Virus record (IMG/VR): IMGVR_UViG_3300020608_000013
Coordinates: 62,001 to 126,000 of that record
Length of the DNA stretch: 64,000 nucleotides
Strand: one strand, 5' to 3'
Below are positions 28,403 to 35,827 of this stretch, piece after piece. Each line of letters starts with the position of its first letter. Position 1 is the first letter of the stretch. Both the position numbers and the translations under genes were made by a program. Below the pieces are notes generated by a model. It saw nothing but the letters and a program-made list of their open reading frames with translations. It had not been told where the DNA came from and did no database searches.

Positions 28403-29605
28403 TTAGAAGAACAGAGTTCGAGGGTTGGCGCTCTCCTCAACACCAAGGTCCATAGCGAATCCGCCTAGACCCCCAAAGATGTTATTACCAACTTGACCAA
28501 CATTGGTAGAGTAACCGTTGGCATTCATAACCTTTTCGGGCGGGATTACAATGTCACAACCAATCCCTGTTACTGTAAAACCGAAAGTAGTGGAGAATTT
28601 TAGTAGGGATTGAATTGAGTTTTGACTTTCAATAAACCCTGGAGCTTGATCTCTCGCATCATTTGCGAGACGAGACACCTTTAGGAAATTCCCAATGGCT
28701 TCATTATTATAGTCGCCGATTAAGATTGGGACTACTCGATCTCCCTTATATTGCTTAAACAGTCCCCGTGTGTAGTCGGACTCCCGACTAGTGACAGCAC
28801 TCAAAATACTATCGATCCCGAAACCAGTGAGGAATTCTCTCACGTCATCAACCGTCGAAACGGTCACGTTCTGTTCTACCAGAGCTTCCAAGCGCTCTGT
28901 GGCGAGCGCCTTCAAGTACGTCTTCGTTTTCGTAACGAAGTTGAGCGCCATGAGCGCAATACGCTCATACATATCAGTGTCTAGTGGAAGACTATTAGAT
29001 GTAATACCTGTTACGGTATTGACGAGGAATCGCGATCTTGAATCCGCGATGATCTTACTATCCACGAATACAGTGTAGCTCCCACCGTTTTGAGGGGCTG
29101 CAACCTCAAGAACTTGATTGTGCGGGACATAATTCCCAAACAATCGCGCATTTGGCATTTTAACACCATTACTAATGTTATAGTGGTGCTTGGTTTTGTC
29201 CCCCAACACAGTGTCTAGGGATGAGTTTATAACCTGATTAAGGAGGGCCTCGTACTCCCCTGGCGGTAGGTTCTCAGGAACCCAAGTCAGACTGATACTA
29301 TTCCCCTTGCCTTCAAAAGCCTCTTTGTTGAGACTTGACATGGGTGTTATCACGGTCGCGTCGTTGTTTAGATAAACAGAAGACTCGATTAATAAGTGCT
29401 CCAGTTTGAAGGGTGTACCACCCTCGTCCTTAACCAACATTTCTAGAGTAATAGCCTCGCGCTCCCCTAGACGGAGTGGACTAATTCTTACGCTTTTCCC
29501 CCATACGCTATCTTCCAGGGCGCTTAAGGCTTTAGCCTGTAAAGAACCTGTAGGGTTAATTCTAGTTAGAAATGGTACTAGACCTGACATGTCACTGTTG
29601 TTCAT
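28403..29605 (-). CDS. chmA: Chimallin (ChmA) phage-nucleus shell protein candidate, unusually short at 400 aa
   Basis: Occupies the chmA slot directly upstream of the gp55-like gene, with AGGAG RBS and TATATTAT motif. Terminal segments GLVPFLTR...AKALSAL and SIQSLLKFSTTFGFTVT...VGNNIFGG resemble the ChmA ends as I recall them. Confidence 0.65.
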   Translation of the reverse strand: MNNSDMSGLVPFLTRINPTGSLQAKALSALEDSVWGKSVRISPLRLGEREAITLEMLVKDEGGTPFKLEHLLIESSVYLNNDATVITPMSSLNKEAFEGKGNSISLTWVPENLPPGEYEALLNQVINSSLDTVLGDKTKHHYNISNGVKMPNARLFGNYVPHNQVLEVAAPQNGGSYTVFVDSKIIADSRSRFLVNTVTGITSNSLPLDTDMYERIALMALNFVTKTKTYLKALATERLEALVEQNVTVSTVDDVREFLTGFGIDSILSAVTSRESDYTRGLFKQYKGDRVVPILIGDYNNEAIGNFLKVSRLANDARDQAPGFIESQNSIQSLLKFSTTFGFTVTGIGCDIVIPPEKVMNANGYSTNVGQVGNNIFGGLGGFAMDLGVEESANPRTLFF

Positions 29606-29657
29606 TTAATTGCTCCTTGTTAATGAACGTTGCTAATGAGCAAGTAAGCTCATATTT

Positions 29658-29665
29658 ATAATATA
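29658..29665 (-). promoter_or_regulatory. Putative early promoter motif TATATTAT upstream of chmA
   Basis: AACCG-TATATTAT, 53 nt upstream of the chmA start. Confidence 0.55.
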
Positions 29666-29751
29666 CGGTTGAATATATGTATAATCGTTATTACGACGCT
29701 ACATAGTTTCAATGTATAACAAACCTTTGTAAAAAAATACTAGAGTAAATA

Positions 29752-30813
29752 ATGTTAAGAAAATATTTCGATAAAATAAGTGGTACACACGTTAGTACCT
29801 ACGCAAACGATGATTGGTTACGGCGTACCGTTAGTATATCATCAGCGCAAGTCCGACGATATTATATGTACTCAAACCATTATATAAAAACCGAGCATTT
29901 ACTCGTTAGGTTTTTACGTTCCCTTGACCTTCCAATTGAGAAAAGTAAAGAGGCTTATTTAAACCACGCTAAAGTACAAGGTATGCAACTGAGTAAAGTT
30001 TTCCAATTCACTTCACCGTTACAACTTGGTGTGCTCCACGATGATGTATTGTATAGTGGTAAACACCTTATCTACACTTTTAAAGGTAGTTCAAATAACC
30101 AGGTTAGTTGGTATCGACGAAAACCCATACGTTTAATCTATACGCGTGCAAACTACTTAGACTTCCCGCCTCTACACGGTATATTGCCGAGCACCATGAC
30201 AATCATATCGATTAACTTAATAGACCTTATGAGTATGTATTATGAATATAAGGTACACCGTTCTCGTTTAAACAGTCTTTACCGAAAAGTTCGACCCGAT
30301 TTACCTATTTCGGCAGGACATTTTATAAACACAATGATACTACCTTCCTTATCCGTCGATTCTTTTTTAAGTACAATAACAAACAATATTATTAAACCAA
30401 AATCGAGAGAGAAGGCAAATATACACTCTTTCACATTAAGGGAGTATACAAAAGAATTTGATGAAATTATTGAAAACTACCGACAGAATGTAGTGTTACA
30501 GGGTAGTGATTATAACACTGCTTTAGTTAACTACCCTAATTTACTCTACAAGCAACCTAATGGGTTCTTATCCTATAAACTACCCTTTAGTACCTTTAAC
30601 ACTATATCACGGCTTGTAGCTTACCTCATGCGGTTAGACCATATGTATAGTTATATCCATCTAGACCGTGAAGGATTTAAACAATCTAATGGTAGTGAAT
30701 ACTATTACCTCACTCGTTTCTCTCGTTTACTTAAACGTGATAACCAAATGAAGACCTTAGTAAGTGCCTTTAACGACACCGCTTTAGAAGAACGTTTTAA
30801 CTACTTTTTATAA
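29752..30813 (+). CDS. Conserved phiKZ gp52-like protein
   Basis: 353 aa, divergent from chmA; assigned by synteny. Confidence 0.55.
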   Translation: MLRKYFDKISGTHVSTYANDDWLRRTVSISSAQVRRYYMYSNHYIKTEHLLVRFLRSLDLPIEKSKEAYLNHAKVQGMQLSKVFQFTSPLQLGVLHDDVLYSGKHLIYTFKGSSNNQVSWYRRKPIRLIYTRANYLDFPPLHGILPSTMTIISINLIDLMSMYYEYKVHRSRLNSLYRKVRPDLPISAGHFINTMILPSLSVDSFLSTITNNIIKPKSREKANIHSFTLREYTKEFDEIIENYRQNVVLQGSDYNTALVNYPNLLYKQPNGFLSYKLPFSTFNTISRLVAYLMRLDHMYSYIHLDREGFKQSNGSEYYYLTRFSRLLKRDNQMKTLVSAFNDTALEERFNYFL

Positions 30814-30827
30814 AACGACGTAAAAAG

Positions 30828-30852
30828 CAGGGATCGCGAAACACGATCCCTG
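30828..30852 (-). terminator. Rho-independent terminator
   Basis: 9-bp stem CAGGGATCG/CGATCCCTG; AAAAAG to the left gives a U-tract on the minus strand. Confidence 0.65.
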
Positions 30853-31236
30853 AATATATGAACAACGTACAATTCCCCCATTGGCACTGTCTAAACCAGA
30901 GCTTGAGGAGTAGGACCGCAAAGTCACTACAATCTATTATATAAAATAGGTGTTGTTATTCGATAATCTAATCTAGACCTTCTCAACAACTAACATACTG
31001 GGTTATGCACAAACCTATCTAACATGATAAATCACACTTAGTGAATATTACTTATTATCTCTTTTTCTACTATACACTGGTAGTCAAACTTAGTGTAACC
31101 TAAACACTTTAACATTGTTGGATAATCTATACAGATGATTTACCATTAAACACTATTACTAAATTCATCTACACAATACCTATCCTTAGTCTATGTGTTA
31201 TTAATTCATCTTCTATCTGATTATACAAGATGGAAA

Positions 31237-31329
31237 ACTAAACTATAAATACTATCCTTTAAAACAGGGCTACCCCCCCCCCAAGTATGCTTAGTTTAGT
31301 GTTTGATGGCTCGTTCCTTCGTAACTCGT
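31237..31329. repeat. Structured poly-C element, copy 1
   Basis: ACTATCCT..AGGGCTAC10AAGT inside stem ACTAAACTA..ATACT/AGTAT..TAGTTTAGT, followed by box CTCGTTCCTTCGTAACTCGT (31310-31329). Confidence 0.8.
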
Positions 31330-31454
31330 ACAATACATTACAACACAAGGTATAAAAATACAGAGTGAAAAATAGGCAAGAAAAAAATAAGGACACAAAT
31401 AAAGTGTACTACGACATTACGCCATAGCACACTCGGTGGGTTAAGGTAACTTAC

Positions 31455-31940
31455 CTATTTACATAACGACGATCTTGTTTTTACCGAAAGTTGATAAACA
31501 TCGTCAACTAAATGGTAGGTCACGTTGAAGGTTTTAAAAACATCACCTCCAAAAGCTCTCATTAGGGCATCAACGTCTATGGGTGTACTACTCCCTATTA
31601 ACTCAGCCACATATTCAGTAGGCTCTTTAGTCTTCAGACCCACAAAATTTAAAAGGTCGTACTTGTTCACCCATCTACTAAAATACGGCTCTACCCGCAC
31701 TAACTCCTCATCCACCTTTCCTATATGGACTATCGCGTCTATACTCCCCTCATGCCATGTAATTTCAAAACGTTTAACTTCGATAGCATCGTAGCCATAG
31801 TGATTATCCAATACTTCATTTATACCATATACATCCCCTTCACCACACCCAGTGGTGACGACATCAATCAGTTCTAAGTGATCGAAATCGTATACTTCGC
31901 ACAATCCTTTACAAAGGTGGACTTTCATTGATTTAAACAT
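31455..31940 (-). CDS. Hypothetical acidic protein; the only convincing gene in the non-coding island
   Basis: 161 aa, GAG RBS and TATATTAT motif upstream. Confidence 0.7.
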   Translation of the reverse strand: MFKSMKVHLCKGLCEVYDFDHLELIDVVTTGCGEGDVYGINEVLDNHYGYDAIEVKRFEITWHEGSIDAIVHIGKVDEELVRVEPYFSRWVNKYDLLNFVGLKTKEPTEYVAELIGSSTPIDVDALMRAFGGDVFKTFNVTYHLVDDVYQLSVKTRSSLCK

Positions 31941-31987
31941 AACGCTATCTCTTAATGGTTATTGACTACTCCATTATAGTCATGTCT

Positions 31988-31995
31988 ATAATATA
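31988..31995 (-). promoter_or_regulatory. Putative early promoter motif TATATTAT
   Basis: 48 nt upstream of the ATG at 31940. Confidence 0.5.
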
Positions 31996-32421
31996 CCCGT
32001 ATACCAATCTATATTAACCACGATACTTCACTCGACAGACACAAGTAGACCACCTGTAACGCCTTAACGCTACTGATGGTTATACTACGTTCCAACAACT
32101 CACTCTACGCTATCTACAGTCCACGTTATAAGGTTTTCACAACCTAAGTGATGCCTAACCTCACTATCGTGTTATAAACCCTCTCCCTACTCAGTATACC
32201 TTTAACCTTTCTACGACGTTATTACAGTTACCTCACTTTGGTGTTATCAGACCAACCCTAATGACCCATAGGGCATAGGGATAGACATAACGGATACTGT
32301 ATACCTTATGGCTTAACGTTATCACTATGTTATACTTTACCTTAATCGTCTACCTTCGTCTTCCTATATGCACCCAAGGCACGGAAGGTATTATATATCA
32401 TCATGATTACACTATAGGTTA

Positions 32422-32518
32422 ACTATATTACGACACTATACACTATCCTCTTAAGAAGGGCTACCCCCCCCCCCAAGTCGTAATATAGTAGAAGAGGACT
32501 CGTTCCTTCGTAACTCGT
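32422..32518. repeat. Structured poly-C element, copy 2
   Basis: ACTATCCT..AGGGCTAC11AAGT inside perfect 13-bp stem ACTATATTACGAC/GTCGTAATATAGT, followed by the identical box CTCGTTCCTTCGTAACTCGT (32499-32518). Confidence 0.8.
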
Positions 32519-33239
32519 TCAACACATAAATAAAGATTGGGGTTGCTATTCGGTATGGGTAAAAAGTAGTCAACTTAAAATAGACCTCAGTAGTCATCTA
32601 CAGATGGTTAAAAAATAGGCTTAAGTAACACACCTCTGGTAGCGGTCTCACCCACCAGACTAGACTCATGTCGAGAAGGTAGTCTAGACTAACCAAGTGG
32701 TACACTAACACAATAACACAGTAAAGCTAGGTTTACCTACCAGTCTAGGCAGAAAGTCTAGAATGGGTAACAGAGTCACGCTTTGTGCTTAGGGAATATT
32801 CTCTACCAGGTTAATAAACGTGCTAATCGTTAAAGTTTCTGGCCAGTCTACTAACCCTTATATTTTTAATATTAGTTAGGTTATTTAGCCTTAGCTTACA
32901 CGCTTAGCGAAGGGGGTAGTTAATGTACCGTTATAAACCTCTCAGTGACGCTAGATTGATTTTTTAACCCTATAGGCAAGCTTACCTACTACCTAGCGTG
33001 GTGATGGGCACTATAGCCCTTTAAAACAGATTTAAGCAATCAGTGTACATACGCCATTGTCAATGACCTTTAACGAGTTTTTGGGTTAGTCACGACACTT
33101 TCTGGCCATTAGTTTCAGAGGACTACCGTAGACCTTATTCCAGCGATCGATCATTGATCAGACGATCTGGAATTAGTCCCTAACGGTGTCGTTTTTAAGG
33201 GTTTTATAGGGTGTCTAACTATTGACCATTTTAGGATAT

Positions 33240-33279
33240 ACCCTTCTATATATAATCTATAGATTATATATAGAAGGGT
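33240..33279. repeat. Perfect 40-bp palindrome with no spacer
   Basis: ACCCTTCTATATATAATCTA|TAGATTATATATAGAAGGGT equals its own reverse complement. Confidence 0.95.
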
Positions 33280-33354
33280 GGATGGAATCTGAAAAATGGT
33301 ACTTTTAGGTCGTGTTATACAAGTAGTCGCGCACGCCCGCATGGTTCCTATTTA

Positions 33355-33381
33355 GTTTATAATATCTAAGATATTATAAAC
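33355..33381. repeat. 13-1-13 palindrome flanked by GC-rich CGCG tracts
   Basis: GTTTATAATATCT-A-AGATATTATAAAC. Confidence 0.9.
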
Positions 33382-33432
33382 ATGCGCGAGCGCGTGGGCG
33401 CGAACGCGTGCGGTACTTTAGATTTTATTTCT

Positions 33433-34112
33433 AGCGATCGTGATGGTTTAATTCACCGACCTGTTAAAAAAATCAGGTGGAAGCGAAGAACATCGATCGC
33501 TCTTCAGTTCCAAGCTCAGCTCCCTTAGCGAGAGACTACACACCACCCCTGTCTTAAACCCCAGCCGCTGAAAGCTTGGGCTGGGGTTACTTCGATTCAA
33601 CCGTGGAAATTAATAATCACCACCGAGGGCCTTTTTCTAACCATCGAACCAACCCCCCGAAAATTTCAAAACCCTGAAACACAATGGTGAACGTCGTCAG
33701 GTTGAACACCATGACTCGTCCTGACTTAGGGGTCAGGACTTCGTGGCATACACAGACCTAGCCTATATCGCTCTGTAATCGATTCTAAGCCATTTTTTAC
33801 CTTGAGATGATTCATGTTAGGGGTAGGGGTAGATAAAGGCGATATGAGCTTCTGAGGGCTATAGAAAAAAGATAAACCAAACTAAACAAAACCGAAGGTT
33901 TATCACTAAAATCCCTCGAAGAGGGGATAGAGCGTCTGCAAGACAAAAGTATTATAACCCCGCGACCCCAGGCGAAAAAAAGCGCTGCGAGCGAAACTGG
34001 AGAAAACTGAAAGGTAGATTGTGCGCTATATGGGCGTGAGATCGCCATACAGACGTTTTAGGGGGCTAGCCTATGTTTTGGTATAGGTGGGTGTTATAAA
34101 GTGGCTTAAAAT
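33433..34112. ncRNA. Candidate structured non-coding RNA or ssDNA-structured origin segment
   Basis: Stems at 33433-33501, 33557-33588, 33684-33712, 33718-33739, 33871-33904 and 33911-33928, plus long-range pairing 33782-33796/34098-34112; no credible ORF. Confidence 0.4.
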
Positions 34113-34148
34113 GCATTCTACGGTATTTTAGCATTTTGAGTAATGTAG

Positions 34149-34168
34149 TGATAATTGATCAATTATCA
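34149..34168. promoter_or_regulatory. Perfect 20-bp palindrome, operator-like
   Basis: TGATAATTGATCAATTATCA, about 105 nt upstream of the 34275 gene. Confidence 0.6.
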
Positions 34169-34274
34169 TTCACTATTAAACGACAAATCACTTTGAAAAA
34201 TTTTAATGGTGTTGTGCTGTAGTACAAGATCGGTGTTTTGATAAATTGTTAAAAACAAAGGAGTTATTAAGGAA

Positions 34275-35108
34275 ATGGATACGATTAACGGTGTTATAAA
34301 TGCCATCAAGCATCAGATACCTCGGGCGATTCTAGAAGAAACGTTTAATGAACCTGATGCTGGGTTGTTACGCAGTATCGATGATGGAATTTACCGCAAT
34401 GTGATACTAGGTCGAGTCGTTCTAGATTGTAACCTAATCGGAGGTGAAGAGGCTTTAATTTACATAAGTCAAAGCCAAGCCGAACGGGTTAATGACATGG
34501 TGTCGCTTTATGATATACCTGATAGTGCGACACAAAACAGAGAGGTTATATCGCCACTTAGCGTGACTTATGCGACCTCATTAATGTCTAACGCAGGGTC
34601 TAGTCTTTCGATGGGTAGGGCACGGCACATGGGCGCTTCTCAATCGTCTGGTGGATGTAGTCAGAGTGAGCTTTTAAAGCAAGCTAAGAGTATGTTAGAC
34701 ACGATGAAACCATTACCCGTACTTTCCCACACTAACCTGAAAATGACCGCACGTAACGTACTAAGAGTGACGGATAGTAGTGGTATTTTTGGTGATTTCA
34801 TTCTTCGTTGTATCTTGGGTAATTCAGCGAATATGGAGAACCTCCAACCCTACTCTCGATTAAATTTCAACGAGCTTTGTGTACTGGCTTGTAAGGCGTA
34901 TTGTCATAACGAACTTGTCATTAAGCTGAATAAACAAAAAATTGCGTATGGGCAAGGTCTAGGGGTTATAAAGGATATTGTCGATGAGTATAGTGAGGCG
35001 AATGAACTTTACTTAGATTATCTGAAGAATGTGTGGACGACCGTTGCTTTTTGCAATGACCGCGATACCTACCGTAGATTTATCTCGTTGCAAATACCTA
35101 ATTTTTAA
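34275..35108 (+). CDS. Conserved phiKZ-like core protein
   Basis: 277 aa, AAGGA RBS; N-terminal AIKHQIPRAILEETF resembles a phiKZ-group core family as recalled. Confidence 0.6.
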   Translation: MDTINGVINAIKHQIPRAILEETFNEPDAGLLRSIDDGIYRNVILGRVVLDCNLIGGEEALIYISQSQAERVNDMVSLYDIPDSATQNREVISPLSVTYATSLMSNAGSSLSMGRARHMGASQSSGGCSQSELLKQAKSMLDTMKPLPVLSHTNLKMTARNVLRVTDSSGIFGDFILRCILGNSANMENLQPYSRLNFNELCVLACKAYCHNELVIKLNKQKIAYGQGLGVIKDIVDEYSEANELYLDYLKNVWTTVAFCNDRDTYRRFISLQIPNF

Positions 35109-35125
35109 GAAAAAAAAACAAATGA

Positions 35126-35161
35126 CTACTACCAAGATGGGATAACCCATCTTGGTAGTAG
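35126..35161. terminator. Bidirectional terminator hairpin
   Basis: 16-bp perfect stem CTACTACCAAGATGGG/CCCATCTTGGTAGTAG between convergent genes. Confidence 0.85.
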
Positions 35162-35167
35162 CTTTGG

Positions 35168-35683
35168 TTACTCTGTTAAAATTTTAGCATATTCACTCGC
35201 CGCCTCGCTTAACTTTTTGGCGTGGTCTTCCTCACCTTCCGTATATTTAGTAAAGCTGAATACAGGGAGTACGCTTTTACGAAGACGGTTGTCACCATCC
35301 TCTACATCTTTTCCTGGGAGCTTTATCTCGCGAACCACACGTCCGTGATACTCGTGCTTTCCATACGTTGCGCTCAATTGAACCCTGGTGAGTTCAGAGT
35401 TGTCTTTAAGTGCTTTCGCACCTTCATCAAGTAACGCGAGGTCCATTTCCCGCGCATACTTTTCATCGAACTCTTGATATTTTAAGGACACTTCATAATC
35501 CAAGCCCTCTTGTTCAAGGGCTTGTTTATAGGCGCTCTCGTCCACTGTAGTGGTCATGGTTTTTGTTTTCTTATCTTTTTCTCCTATTTCTTTACTTAGC
35601 GCTTCCCCAATATTCTTTTTTAGAATATCGTTTATAGTTAGAAGCTGTTTAGTTTCGATGTTAGGACTATTTGGTTTAGACAT
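35168..35683 (-). CDS. Highly charged (K/E-rich) hypothetical protein, probably early
   Basis: 171 aa, AAGGCG RBS, TATATTAT motif upstream. Confidence 0.7.
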   Translation of the reverse strand: MSKPNSPNIETKQLLTINDILKKNIGEALSKEIGEKDKKTKTMTTTVDESAYKQALEQEGLDYEVSLKYQEFDEKYAREMDLALLDEGAKALKDNSELTRVQLSATYGKHEYHGRVVREIKLPGKDVEDGDNRLRKSVLPVFSFTKYTEGEEDHAKKLSEAASEYAKILTE

Positions 35684-35722
35684 TTTTATTCGCCTTTTAA
35701 TAAGGGTTGATACATAAATAAA

Positions 35723-35761
35723 AATGACATAGTTTAACTACTATGTCATTCATATAATATA
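35723..35761 (-). promoter_or_regulatory. TATATTAT motif (35754-35761) followed by an 11-bp leader hairpin (35723-35750)
   Basis: Stem AATGACATAGT/ACTATGTCATT lies immediately downstream of the motif on the minus strand. Confidence 0.5.
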
Positions 35762-35827
35762 TTTTTTTAATAAACTATATTATGACTTCTCGTCACTATA
35801 TAAATAACATTAGTAAAAAAATACTAT

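Noticed and set aside
31273-32474. Poly-C tracts as phase-variation switches
   Set aside because: Neither tract is in a coding frame or between recognisable promoter elements; both sit in a conserved structured context, so they are treated as part of that element.
33151-34048. ORFs 33151-33342 and 33812-34048 in the island
   Set aside because: No RBS, atypical composition, and they run across palindromes and hairpins that better explain the sequence.
30814-34274. CRISPR array, tRNA, tmRNA or RNase P RNA in the island
   Set aside because: Only two copies of the repeat, about 1.2 kb apart, with no regular spacers. The GGTTCGAT at about 33643-33650 (minus strand) has no T-stem or cloverleaf, and no RNase P GAGGAAAGTCC or tmRNA ends were seen.
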